Notes: generated by a model from the sequence alone, not told the origin. A stretch of 63,998 bases of DNA, filler included, from Asterionella formosa (GCA_002256025.1; 17 parts of 17 records of this genome joined end to end with filler, not necessarily neighbours in it); one strand, 5' to 3'. Numbered from the whole stretch's first letter, positions 1-12,352 are shown. Translations and numbers: made by a program.

Positions 1-466
1 CGAGTGGACAGGCAGTTCCCCAGAGCAATGGTCCCATAGTCTCTTTGGCCCGACGACGCTCCATCTGAAGCATGAGTTCTATTTGTGGCTGTCGTTGTCG
101 ATGTTGTCCGTCGCGAGTTTGCAAGCGCTGTACCGAGGCTCGTTTGGACTATCCGGCGACTATTACTACTGCCTCCTGGCTTCCGCATGGCTATCTAGAC
201 ATTTAATACTTCGATGGCTGTGTACTAGAGACTCATCAACCACGCGATCTCCGACTCTGACAGGAGTTCTGGCGCATTGGATCACGTCGCTTGTCATGGC
301 GGGACAATATATGGATCGACCAGACGCTTCTGTGGTTGCCAAGCATGTCGGAACGTCTCATCACGGAGCAGAAGAGGACGCTCCAGCCTTATTATTGCTT
401 CCATCATTGACATTCACAATTCAATACTTCAAAATTAGACTATGGTATCCATTTATTAATGCCACA

Positions 467-1801
467 ATGGAAGCCGGGGCTCCCCTTACCCCGTCCAGCA
501 GGCAGCAACATGCTTCGAACGAAAGATCACGGAAGGATAAAACTTATTCAGCAACATCATCATCAACAGCAATCGCTTGGATCGACAAGATATACCATCA
601 GTCGTTACTCATTTGGTACAATCACGGACCGGGAAGTCAACTACTGCTGGTGGTATTCGTTGCTGTAATGATTGTTTGGAGCTTTGTCGTTTCCTCGCCA
701 GCCAGGGAATCGCGCACATATGCATTGAATATAGCCACTGGAGCGGAGTATACAGAAGAAGAAACGGAGGCGCGAGGTGCTTACGCTGCTCTGGAACCTG
801 TCTCATGGGCCCACGTCTTCCTCCTCATGTCAGCCGGAACAACACTGGCATGTATTATGTGGTACGGTCGCATACTTTTACCTATTCCAGATTTAGTAGC
901 TGGGAGCAACGTGCTTAAGGCAGTCCGGAATGAAGCCAGGGGTAACATATCTACCAAATCAAAAAACCCAAAACCACAATCTACTCAATATTCGGACATG
1001 GCATGGAATGAACAGTTCAAGTCTATTTCAACTGAAAATCGATTTCGCTTATTTGCCGAAGTGGCACTATTGCGCACAATCGATGCTGGGTTTGTATGTG
1101 GGGTGCTTGCCCGGACTCGCTGGATCTGTCGTGCCACTGGTCATTGTCCCAATTCCCCGACATGGGGAGAGTTGTCAAGGATATTGTACCGACCCCGAGA
1201 CATTACTGACAATAGTCATGTGAGTTTGACCTTTGCATCTGACATTGGGTCCATAGTAGTAATATTCACATCGATTGTGGTAATTACTACTGTATTACTT
1301 CTGGCCCAACTTGCAACATTGGAAAAATCCTATTTAGCAATCATGGGATACATTTCGGGGGAATGGAAATTAGTTTCTGATGCCTCAGCCGGTGGCAGCA
1401 ACAATGTCCCATCTCCTTGGGATTCAAGACGACGGTATAAAAAGGGTGATTATATTGTTTATTCCTACCCTGGATTTCCACCATCCATTTATATGGCAAC
1501 TTCCAATTCTCCAGAAGGTCGGCCATTTGATTTGAGTTTACGAGTGACACATGATTTGTTCCGACAAGATTTAGGACATGTGTCCACGTCCATGGTGATT
1601 TCGTATTGTGCCTCGATTCATAATGCATTCATGGCAGGAATTTTTATGATTGGACTCTACTATACCATCCAAGGAGCCAATACGTCTGCACTGGTGACAG
1701 CATTTATGGCGAATCTAATAGCGTCCTTTGGATTAGTCCATGTGGGACTGATGGATTATAATGAGTTGCAATCTATTGCAGCAGAAGTTAATGGTAATTA
1801 G
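467..1801 (+). CDS. Multi-pass membrane protein; C-terminal part resembles the TMEM39 family
   Basis: Long ORF (open from 83, likely ATG at 467) with several hydrophobic segments. GEWKLV...PWDSRRRYKKGDYIVY...IYMAT...PFD...LF, followed by TM helices, recalls the TMEM39 C-terminal motif. Family call is tentative. Confidence 0.6.
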   Translation: MEAGAPLTPSSRQQHASNERSRKDKTYSATSSSTAIAWIDKIYHQSLLIWYNHGPGSQLLLVVFVAVMIVWSFVVSSPARESRTYALNIATGAEYTEEETEARGAYAALEPVSWAHVFLLMSAGTTLACIMWYGRILLPIPDLVAGSNVLKAVRNEARGNISTKSKNPKPQSTQYSDMAWNEQFKSISTENRFRLFAEVALLRTIDAGFVCGVLARTRWICRATGHCPNSPTWGELSRILYRPRDITDNSHVSLTFASDIGSIVVIFTSIVVITTVLLLAQLATLEKSYLAIMGYISGEWKLVSDASAGGSNNVPSPWDSRRRYKKGDYIVYSYPGFPPSIYMATSNSPEGRPFDLSLRVTHDLFRQDLGHVSTSMVISYCASIHNAFMAGIFMIGLYYTIQGANTSALVTAFMANLIASFGLVHVGLMDYNELQSIAAEVNGN

Positions 1802-2128
1802 GGATTCAATGGAATTTTCCTATTTGCTATTCCATTCCAGCTGTATTTATAGCTCAGCTTCATTGTCCTCACTCATGATCTTGGCCTAGAGATTACAGAG
1901 TGTGGAATGGAATTTCATACGTGTTCAATTGTTTAGTCTTCTACATGTTACACATATTTGGTACAGCACAATAAAACACTCAATATAAAGGAGCAAATAT
2001 GATCTATTTCCATCAGTGCTTTCGAGTTGCGAATCTACACCGGCATATTGTTTCACAAGTTGCATAGAAGAAACAAGAAGTCACTTTCCATTCAATCAAG
2101 CACGATTCAATTGTCACCAAAAATTGGC

Positions 2129-2548
2129 TTACCAACAAATAAATGATCCATGACACTGAACGATCCGACAGAACAAAAGTAAGTCCACTGTTCCCAACGC
2201 GGCAATAACCATGTAAAGCTTCTTCTTCTTGGCCATATGTTTGTTCTTGAGTGCTTCCAATTCTCGTTTGGCCTGTTCTGTGGCGATCCGCATATTCCAT
2301 ACATCATCGGCTGCCCCTCCCAGCTGATGACGTTGTGTGTTCAATTGCGACAGGACCGTCTGCGCTGTTGCTTCCGTTTGATATTGAGTCTTGACAGTAT
2401 CGTGCAAGACGTTCGTTTGTTGTTCCACATAGGTTTGACCAGCGGAAGCAGGCGGCTGATACGCACTGTGCGTATTTTGATAGGAAGTTCCTTGTTGATA
2501 AGAAGACGCATATCTGTTGCTGAGGTTTCCAGAATTGTTGACAGACAT
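2129..2548 (-). CDS. Small tail-anchored SNARE (Qb/Vti1-like)
   Basis: Likely start MSVNNSG at 2548. Heptad SNARE motif TEATAQTVLSQLNTQRHQL...AKRELEAL, then a basic stretch KKKK and a C-terminal TM segment. Confidence 0.75.
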   Translation of the reverse strand: MSVNNSGNLSNRYASSYQQGTSYQNTHSAYQPPASAGQTYVEQQTNVLHDTVKTQYQTEATAQTVLSQLNTQRHQLGGAADDVWNMRIATEQAKRELEALKNKHMAKKKKLYMVIAALGTVDLLLFCRIVQCHGSFICW

Positions 2549-2994
2549 GATGATTTGGAACTTGAACTGCGCTGTGCTGTGTTTGAGCGGTGGAAATGGA
2601 AGCACTGGTTTGTAATAATGATTTCGGAGTTCGTTCGGAACGCTTGGCGATACAGTCAACTTATAAAATATAAACGACGTGATGAAGAGACAATGTAGCA
2701 GGAGAAGGAGACAATTGATGTCTTCCAACGATGACACTTGCACAGCTGATCTCAATTCAACAAAAACGGAAATGAAACGGATTTTTTGGTTCCTTCGTCG
2801 GTTTATGCTTCCAAAGCAGACAAGACATTTGAAATTTCAGACTGGGACGGGCACCAATAAAACTGATAACATAATTACCGGCAATACTAACAAGTGACTC
2901 ATTCATCAGCACATTCTGATGCTGAAGAAACAATGATCAGGTGTTGAACAATAATCATGTATTAACGGTGTGATCTGAAGAATGACAAACAACA

Positions 2995-3689
2995 ATGAAG
3001 ATCCTTGTCGTTATTTCCATCCTTATGGCTTCCACCACTGCCTGGACGCCAGATAGACGAACTGTACTTAAATCTGGTGGCACTGGTCTTTTAATTCTCA
3101 TTGGAGGTCCTTCAATCTCCTCGTCTGAGACACAACCGTCGTCATCTCTCATCGTCCCAAGGAACCTCCCTGTCTTGGTCTTGGGCGCCAATGGTGGGAC
3201 AGGCCGTGAATGTGTCAAGGCAATATTGAATGACGGACGTCCTTGCATCGCATCGACACGCTCGGGAGAATTCGAGTGGGATTCTGAGGCAATAGCGACA
3301 CCAGCTGGTCTCTCGTCCACATCAGCCGACGTCACGTCGTACGAATCTCTCTCCTTGGCTATGTCCCAACAACAGTTGGGTGCTGTAATTTTCGCTGCAT
3401 CGGCTTCTGCCAAGGGAGGAACTGCTTTTGCCGTTGACCGTGACGGAGTTCTGGCAGCGGCACAAGCGTGCATCGCGAACAATGTCCCTCGGTTTATTGT
3501 AGTGAGCTCTGGAACCGTGACTCGTCCTGATTCTGCTGTTTATAAATTATTGAATGTGGTTGGTAGGGGGATTATGGAAGCCAAGATTCAAGGCGAAGAT
3601 GCAGTGAGAGAATTGTACGCTAATCCGGACATGATTGCGAAGAAGTTGGGATATACTGTGGTACGACCTGGAGGTTTGACCACGGGACC
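2995..3689 (+). CDS. Plastid-targeted NAD(P)-binding Rossmann protein (atypical SDR, Tic62-NAD-like), 3'-truncated
   Basis: VLVLGANGGTGRECV dinucleotide motif, RFIVVSS, AKIQGED and YTVVRPGGLT motifs. N-terminal signal peptide ending TTA-W. Runs into the contig end. Confidence 0.9.
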
Positions 3690-3789
3690 NNNNNNNNNNN
3701 NNNNNNNNNNNNNNNNNNNNNNNNNNNNNNNNNTTAATTAATTAANNNNNNNNNNNNNNNNNNNNNNNNNNNNNNNNNNNNNNNNNNNN
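3690..3789. other. Artificial 100-nt contig linker (N-run, TTAATTAATTAA, N-run); first of 16
   Basis: Identical linkers start at 3690, 7478, 11259, 15037, 18815, 22592, 26365, 30137, 33908, 37674, 41440, 45206, 48969, 52731, 56493 and 60252. The core gives stops in all six frames. Contig lengths never increase (3688, 3681, 3678 ... 3659), so neighbouring contigs are unlinked. Confidence 0.99.
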
Positions 3790-4469
3790 CCCCAAAAATT
3801 ATGTGGGTTTCTAAAATAATTATGGAAGTTGTCGAAACTATTTTAGTTCACTCCGTCCATATATATTGTATGATGCATCATATTTTTTTGTGATGTCATA
3901 CCCTTAAATTATGTACGTAGCTAAATTCGTCATATTGGGCCACCCAAATAATTAATTTGGGTGATCATATTTGACTAGCGTTTTTTTTGTGGCGGCTGTA
4001 CCAGTAATCGGCGTTGTAGATGTAGTACCGGAACCTGCCTTAATACACATCCTTGACGCTTTGTAATAAGCTTGTTCAAACTGTGGTCCCCTGGTACTGG
4101 TACTGGGTATAGTACTGTACTACCGTTAGCATCAGATGCATCTCTAACATCAATCACGTCACGTCGATCCAACAAATTTTACCTACGGTAAAAGGATACC
4201 GGTAGTAAATTCAGCTGAGATATGGATTTCATCAGATTTGATGTAATAACAGATATACCGGTGAGAGTATATAGTGTAGAGTGTAGCGTCTAGAATACCG
4301 GTATAAGAGGAAATGCCTGTATGTATCGGTTTTGTCTCCGCAATTTCCACTCTCACTCCTACTGTACTATGTAGCCTGACACGTAGCTAATACTAGTAGC
4401 GCTGCCGGTAGCTAGGACCAGATTCTCTGTAACATCAAACAAGTTGCTTTAATTTTTCTGCAATTATTA

Positions 4470-5778
4470 GTGCTCCCGCTAGCACCAACAAGGTTCACGA
4501 TGAACATGGCCACCAGCTGGAACCTGCAACACTATTACTATTCAATGCTGTGTGTTCTTGTCGATGATCCTGAAATTGCCAGTGCCTCTACTTTTGACCA
4601 AGAAACAATTGAAAAAGCCTATTGCCAGCGTCAAGGGTGGAGAGTGAGTCTTGGCAACATTTGTGGTGATTGGCATCTTAGACTAGGTGCCATCATTGCT
4701 ATTGTCATATTTGCTATTGTCATATGGCAGCTCAAACAGCCAGACCCATCTCCTACATCATCACCATTGTTTCATTTCTTGGTTTAACAAGAATCATTTG
4801 ATAATGGAACAGCACTTTCAATTACTGGCTCCTCACAACAAAAAGCACTGACATGATGGATGGAGCAGTCGAAACTATATAAAAGTGTCAGAGACTATAC
4901 TTTGTTGCAATTCTATGCCTTGGCAATTTTTAATTATGCAACTGGTGATCTTCTTTCAAGACTTTCAAGTATATCATGGTTACCAAATAATGGAAATGAT
5001 TCTGAATACCATGTCTGTGATTGGGATTACATTGTTTGCGATGGTGGGACAGATATCATTTATTTGAATCTTAATTTTGCTGAACTTGTTGGATCACCCC
5101 CCACAGAGATTGGACTCTTGACAAGTCTCACTGGTCTAAATTTGAACAACAACTCTTTCACTGGAACACATCCCACAGAGATTGGACTCTTGACAAGTCT
5201 CACTGGTTTATGTCTGGCCTCCAATTCTTTCGTTGGCACACTTCCGACAGAGATTAGACTCTTGACAAGTCTCACTGCTCTAGGCTTGACCTCCAATACC
5301 TTAAATGGCACACTTCCCGCAGAGATTGGACTCTTTACAAGTCTCACTGAGCTATATTTCAGAGCTATATTTGTCCTCCAATACTTTCACTGGAACACTA
5401 CCCACAAAGATTGGACTCTTGCCCAGTCTTTTAGGTCTCACTTTGCCCAACAATACTTTCGTTGGCACACTTACCACGGAGATTGGGCACTTGACTAGTC
5501 TTGATGAACTATATTTGTGCTCCAATACTTTCACTGGCACACTTCCGACTGAGATTGGACTCTTGACAAGTCTCACTCTTCTATTTTTGTACAACAATAC
5601 CTTCACTGGCACACTTCCCTCAGAGATTGGACGACTCTTGACAAGTCTCACTGCCATTATTCTGCAGAACAATATATTCAGTGGTTCAGTGCCAACTGAG
5701 ATTGTTGACTTTTGATTGAGTAACAATTTATTCACTGGTTCAGTTCCCTCAGATGCTGGGAACATCTACAACTATTAG
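4470..5778 (+). pseudogene. Degenerate diatom-type membrane-anchored LRR protein
   Basis: About nine 24-aa/72-nt repeats (LPTEIGLLTSLTxLxLxxNxFTGT), preceded by a TM helix, an SFDNGTAL...QQKALT motif and an LRR N-cap (VCDWDYIVC). Stops near 4787 and 4855; frameshifting duplication of GAGCTATATTT near 5350-5372. Confidence 0.85.
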
Positions 5779-7349
5779 TGGCGCATGATGTGTGAAGAGG
5801 AGGGACAGAATGAAACATTTTAGTACTATGTATGACATTACTGCTGTATTAGCTAGGATTCATGTTTATACTTGCAGAGGCTTTTTAACTATGAAAATAC
5901 ATGAATACATTTATTTGATGTATAACATGGTAAATTAAAAGTATGTATGTCTACTAGACTAGACTACTCATAGCTTACAAACGAACGGGATAGAGCGAAG
6001 ATATGCCAGAGTACACTACTACAATACCGGTAGACGCGTACATACATACAAGTGACAAACCGGTATTATTTTCGTCAACCACACAAGCAATCAAGATAAT
6101 GGTGAGACATCCAGCATCAGCTGATGACATTGTTCTTTCCAGTACTGCAGCAGTGATATGGATAAGCGAAATTGATGCACTCCGCAGCGCACACTTCGCT
6201 GTAGACCAATACAGGGATACGACTGGTATCTGCTACAGGGTACTCACTCATGACTGTCTGCGAGGAATGTCTGATTTGTTTCTGGACATTTCTATTCACT
6301 TTCTCCTACTACCAGAGACCTGGTATGATTATTTACCCACACCGCCCATCCTCATCCTCTCTCCCAAGCAACCACTTACTTTACACAGTACTTACATTAG
6401 ATTCCCTCATCGCATGAGAGGAATCAACCTTCTAGCTTCCACCATGTTACCTTACTTGATTGAGACTTTCTCCGTAACAAGCTTGCTCATGACGGAGAAA
6501 CAACGACGACATAAAGTCATCAATGAATGACAAGGAACCGAATGAACTACACAGACAACACTCCAGTAAGAAGCTGCTAAAGTACTAAAGTACAACTACC
6601 GGTACACTGCTTGTGTTGAGAACAGAGTTGACCAGCCATGTCTGTTCATCCCTCTAGTATTACCAGTACTCGACTACTCCTATTCCTACTGGTATGAACT
6701 GATATGAGTTCATCGTTGTGCATCGTACATAGCTATCAAACATGGAAGGACCTATATACAATACCGGTACTATTCATCGTCAGTGCAACTGCCCTATTAA
6801 ATATCACTTGAATGCTGATTATTCTACTACCGGTACTTTGAAACTTGTCCTTGGACATCATTACACCGGTAGCACATTCTGCTACTGGTACTTAGTATGG
6901 AGTAGCAAATTCGGCTATTGGATCCTCATCAGAATAGGAGTCCTTGCGAAGAGTGAATTTCTATTTGGAAATATCTTGTATATGATATATCATATGATGT
7001 CCAAGCGCCAATTTCATTTTTTCAAATAATTCCAATGGAACCATATACCGTATTATTACCGGTAGTAGTTATATTCAAGTGGGCCAGGCACATCTGTCCA
7101 ATGGAATTTTTTTGGTGTTTGAGATCTTCTTTGCTTCTATGAATGCTCTTAGGACGAGTGCTTTTAATTTCTGGCAATTGTAGACACGTTGAACACTCCT
7201 GCATACGCTGGGTTGATGATCACACTGAGAGTGATTATTTTGTGAATCCATATTGAAGAAAGTTCTTTTCACACGCGTACCAGGAATAATGATAGAACCA
7301 TCAGTACGATTCTTAAATTTCTGTGTCATTATATTTATCTCATCGACCA

Positions 7350-7477
7350 GGGGAATAGCTTACTGGTACTAGTTGGTTAGTTCACCTTCCGACGTGGCGG
7401 GTTCGATTCCCGCATTCTCCACCTGCTTTGTTTATGTAGTCCTTTGGGTTCTTCCGGGTGGTGAGGCAGACAACAAG
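7350..7477 (+). mobile_element. tRNA-Ala-derived SINE, 5' part (truncated by contig end)
   Basis: GGGGAAT...GCGGG-TTCGATT-CCCGC-ATTCTCCA gives an acceptor stem with G3:U70 and an intact T arm/B box. The following body is homologous to the copy at 40395-40666. Confidence 0.85.
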
Positions 7478-8366
7478 NNNNNNNNNNNNNNNNNNNNNNN
7501 NNNNNNNNNNNNNNNNNNNNNTTAATTAATTAANNNNNNNNNNNNNNNNNNNNNNNNNNNNNNNNNNNNNNNNNNNNGAATAGGGGAGATAGGTGGGGGG
7601 GGGATAAAAGAGATTGAATTACAGTGGAGTCAATGTTGTGTTGTTGACAAAGTTGATGGTACAATTATATATATGAATCATTTTCGCAGCAAATTCTTAG
7701 TACCCTATTCTATTTCTAGAGTTACCTTCTGTGCGCTCCATGGGTCCCAAGGTGGGGAAGTGGAAAGGTTTGGGTGGTAGTCCTCACTTCCTTGTGTAGA
7801 AGGAGTATAAAAATCGTGCTAGCTTTGTTCTTGGGTCAGTTCTCTACGACTGCACTTCTCGTGTCAGCAGGAGAATTAGATGGTGATTGTGGATTGGATC
7901 TAAGATTTTTATTTTGGCCAAACTTCTGGTGGTTCTATTTGAAGTATCCATTACAAATGCTAATTCCAGGGCTTGGAACTCATTGTTTTCGTCTTTGTCT
8001 TAGTATACCATAAAATTATTGCTTTGAGCAGCACATCCAGCTCAGGCGTCATTTCTTAATTGGTGACTTCTTTATTTCTCTGTTTTCTTCATGCTTGTCA
8101 ATGTTTTAGCACATTGCCATTCTTATATTCTTCTTCTTGCACTGTAGTAGTGCTAACTGTCTTGAACAGGGTAAACTTTGCTTTTCTTTTCTCTTGTTGG
8201 TCTTGGTATGGTTCTTCTTCTGTTCATAGTACAGATGTCTCATAATGCCTGCCTTCTCAAGACTGAAGATTCAGCTTTGTTTGATTGCATATCGAGATTT
8301 GTTTCCCATGTAATGTGAAATACCGGTTGTTGAATTAGTGATCAACATTATTTGATAGTACTTTTA

Positions 8367-8682
8367 AATTACGTAAAAAAATTTAATAAATTACGTGAAC
8401 TATATTATAGAATTACGTGAACAAAAATTTAAGGCAATGTGAACTGAATTACAGAATTAATTGAAGTATTTCAAATAATTATGTGAAGGTGATCACGTAA
8501 TATAGTGATGATCAGGAATGCATGCATGATACTCTGATCAAATAATGAACATGATGTATTCAGATAATATATAGATATATTCAAGTAAGCATTTTGATGT
8601 ATTCAACTAATTCATGTGATCCATTCAAAATCAACTAGGCTTATTTACGTGATGGTCACTTCACGTAATATGCGGCTTAGAT
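8367..8682 (+). repeat. AT-rich dispersed repeat, copy 1 (homologous to 53274-53658)
   Basis: About 300 bp shared, including GTGATGATCAGGAATGCATGCATGATAC and TCAAAATCAACTAGGCTTATTTA. Both copies end in GCGGCTTAGATG. Confidence 0.9.
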
Positions 8683-10445
8683 GTATTGTGTTGATACCAT
8701 TGCCATGAATTCCCCAATTGTAGTGTTTGTGTCAAACACCCAATCGACATCCATGAAATCGCCTCTGTTCTCTGCTCCTGCATTAAAGACAACTTTGTCT
8801 GATTTTTCAAACTTTCCTCCTCTTTCTGCATTCTCTTATTATCCGATTTCATTACTATCTTATGGATCTGTCCCAAATGAATGATTTCTTCTTTCTCTGC
8901 TTGGTTGGCTTCTTGGACAGCACCTTTTGTTCTGGTGAATTGGTTGTTTTTAGGATATCAGCAAATTCTGTGATCAGCGCTGTGGTACTGTAGTAGTCTT
9001 TCATGAACTCACCTTTATACTTGGCAAAACAGTATTTGTACAGTACAATTTTATTTTACAAAGATCCACAGCAGCGCGCACTACTAGGGCAATTGAGCCG
9101 GAGAAAATCATACGAGTCGAAATTGCCCCGGAAATTGTTTTCGACCCAAAGAATATTTTCGACCAGAGGTAGGACCAGTCAATTACAAGGTTGAAGGTAT
9201 ACTACACAAACAATGATACCAGGGCCTCGGATGTTATGATATAAAGCTACCGGCAGCTGAGTGCCTCATGAAACTACATTGGGTAGCCATTGTAGCTAAC
9301 ACTACAAAATAATTTTAGCTTAAGTAAAATGTTCTATATAAATAACATTGATGTAAATAAATTTTATGTACACATGCATCCGCAATCTTGTTGTTCTTGT
9401 TGTATTCATCAATGACAAACATGAAATCGAAGTCTATTGCACAGCAATGGGTGTGAAATCGTTGTTGTATCTTCATTGTAATTACTATATGAATTTATTT
9501 GAGAAATTAATGTGCAGTTTCAGTTCCAGCTTGCCAACTATCAAGCTCAAGAGCTTTTCCATGTGAAACGATTGGTCATGTAGCTAGGGGGTGCAGATCT
9601 GTGTGCCCAACACAAAATAGTTCATATTATATAAACCAAATCATGTTGTCCTGTGCCGCTTCCTGTGTAGACTAGTTGCGCTAGTCATGGCGGAAATAAC
9701 ACTATTTGAAGCGGTTCAGGAGTATGTTCTATTGTTGAGTAAAGCAACAGAATAAAGACAACAAGATGGATGTGATTATAACATCCCAATCATTGCACAA
9801 AATATTAGAAACCATATAAGTTTAGGATTTATGCTAATGCCATGCCTACATGCAGAGTAGTGGCCCCAAATATTGCATCCAGACGTATATATATACCGGT
9901 TCCTGCGTGCGAAACCCCGGGATTTTTAGAAACGACAAAAGTCATCAATGACAGCATCCGTTCCGATGTCGCTGTCATCTCATGTGCTGAGTACATCTCA
10001 ACAGCAGGCAAAATGTTCATTTATCATGTCCATATAAGTCACGAAATGGTCGCGAAATTACATACTGGAGGTAGACTAACCTCTCGGTAAACGAATTCTT
10101 CATCCTCATATTTAAAAGTCATACTTCATTCACGAAGTTTGATTACCTGTAGGTCCACTCCTAACTGGAAGTCAAAGATCTTGGAGGGCTATATCGCGAA
10201 TCGAAGATTTTATATTGTCGTATGTAGATTGTGAGGCAGCATCTGGAAATTGGGCCAGTACATTATTATAGTTCTGCTAAATAGAAAAAAGTGCTCTTAT
10301 TCGAAATCAATTAAAGTAGCTGTACTGTACACATTTAACGCTCACCGTTTGTAATAAATAGCTATATATATTTAGAAAGGAAATGTTGACTGAAACCTAC
10401 CGGTATGTTCAAGTCATCATGCGTATAAAAAAGGTGTTATTTTTA

Positions 10446-10634
10446 GGCCGTTGCTAACGGTGGACCAAAACCAAAACCAAACAGTGTTTAGGTTTCGGTA
10501 ACCCTAAAAAACGATGCTAACGGGAGTGAAAAACCCAACGCAAACGCATTACGTTTAGGGGATTCCGTGCCCATATCCCAATAAGTTACCCAAACGCATT
10601 ACGTTTAGGTTTTTTTTCCCAAAGTTACCTAAAC
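10446..10634 (+). mobile_element. Probable PIF/Harbinger-like transposon end with subterminal repeats
   Basis: TTA followed by GGCCGTTGCTAACGG. Direct repeats CAAACGCATTACGTTTAGG at 10541 and 10591. The other end is not in the contig. Confidence 0.45.
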
Positions 10635-11358
10635 GTAGGATTCCATGTTGACTACTTTGAATGTAGTCACTAGAAACCCAATTATCATTATCGTCGTAGA
10701 ATCACTACATATAGGACGGAGCATACCGGTATATATCATATCTATATATACAACAATAGCTTTACGGTAAGTACTGGTACTCTGTACCAGGGTACCACAC
10801 TGGCGAGAACAACAACAGCAACAGCAACAACAACAAATCATCGCAGCACTATGGATCTACTTTCGAAGAAGTTACAATGACTATTACTCGACAATCAAAT
10901 TAGACCTACTCAATTCACAAGCTAGAGCGTTGTACGATTGAAAAGGTCGCTTCAATTTGCCATCATCACATCCAGTATTGGTATAGCTAGAGATGTAATC
11001 ATAAAGATCAAACTACAAAGCAAACGACATATTTACGCAGTGCTTCCACGAAGTCAATTCCTTCCTTGCTGCTCAATGATCCTTCCGAAGGAACAACAGT
11101 GAAATCACCTGGAGTTTCCGAAGTAAGGCCTCCCGAAAATCAGCGTATCCCATGAACTCATTCTTTAGATTGAATTCGTGAATTCGGATCTGTACAATGC
11201 GGGAGACGAGCTCAATAGTTTGCTATCCGGGACAACAGCACCAAATGCTTTCTCAAAANNNNNNNNNNNNNNNNNNNNNNNNNNNNNNNNNNNNNNNNNN
11301 NNTTAATTAATTAANNNNNNNNNNNNNNNNNNNNNNNNNNNNNNNNNNNNNNNNNNNN

Positions 11359-12352
11359 ATTTGACAAAATCATCATGATTGCCTGATTGTTTGTTTTTTC
11401 GATAGGCAACTTGATAATGATGATTAATGTATCCCATTACCAATGAAAAGTCTTTGGAAGTGAGGACATCATATTTTTTTGCGTAGTCAGCATCAATTCC
11501 AACTTTGTCCCAGTATTCATCTTCGGGAAATGCTAGAATGATGCAGTCGTCATCCTCATCATCATTATATGTGACAACAAGTCGATCAAAAATGAACTTG
11601 TGTCGAAATCTTCTTGCATCAAGTTCAGCCGGAGTTGGTGGCTGACCTAGACGAAAAACATCACTGCGATGCTTGTTCCACATGTAGACATTAATGACAC
11701 GGAAGTATGTGTTGATGCAGGTCACAGCATCTGGAGGGGTTGACTTTGCCTGTGCCTTATTCTTTTTTGCCTTTTTTACAGGATGGTTCACTTCCTCTTG
11801 TTCAAACTGAGGATCGACCAAAGACTCATGTGGCTGCACTGCTGTTGCCTCTTGAACTTTGTTGTTCCTTTCATCATTATCATCTTCGCAATCTTCATCG
11901 ACTTTGAATTCCTCATCATTAATTGATGAATCTTCGTGATTATCATTATCACTATCCAATTCAATGTCTGATTCATTGACATTGAAAGATCTAGGGTATA
12001 TCCTCTGTGACAAGCTGTCTCTCTTCAAAAGTCGAGCAATCAAAGCAACAGTGAAAGCCTTCTTCGCATTTTTGTATCCAGAAACTTTGTATCTGACGCA
12101 AATTTTTCGGAGAGCCTTGACCAAGATCTGCTTCATTGCAACACCTTTGATTAAAATCACCTTTGTCCTTTCACTATCAAGCACAAAGTCATCAGGAAGT
12201 ATGAGGGAGTCAACAAATCGATCAACTTCAGTATCTGTAGCAAGAGACTGCATTGTATTGTTGAAGGTGGTGGGTCGATCTTGATATACAATGGTCTCCA
12301 CATCAACAGTTGTTGTTTGCGTTTGTGTGACTGGTTCCATATGCGGTTCCAT
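11359..12352 (-). CDS. Transposon accessory protein (SAP/LEM-like helix pair, acidic linker, FRVINV...AELD...SGNHDDF domain), 3'-truncated
   Basis: Open 330-codon ORF reading inward from the terminus at 12800. Near-identical second copy at 21884-22591. Confidence 0.7.

Noticed and set aside
83..466. 128-codon N-terminal extension of the first ORF
   Set aside because: It begins at a non-ATG codon and looks like UTR or promoter; ATG 467 is more plausible, though unconfirmed.
3690..3789. TTAATTAATTAA palindrome recurring every 3.77 kb or so
   Set aside because: It is an artificial six-frame-stop linker. Neighbourhoods across it, and ORFs ending XXX-LIN, have no biological meaning.
5098..5700. 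Regularly spaced direct repeats resembling a CRISPR array
   Set aside because: The 72-nt period is in frame and encodes LRRs, the spacers resemble each other, and there are no cas genes.
6003..6530. 175-aa ORF
   Set aside because: It has no recognisable motif, lies in TACCGGTA-rich decayed DNA, and is probably spurious.
7350..7421. Functional tRNA-Ala gene
   Set aside because: The D and anticodon arms do not fold, and the downstream body is shared with the TSD-flanked SINE copy.
10808..10838. Poly-Cys ORF (MICCCCCCCCS)
   Set aside because: It is the antisense reading of a CAA/CAG microsatellite.
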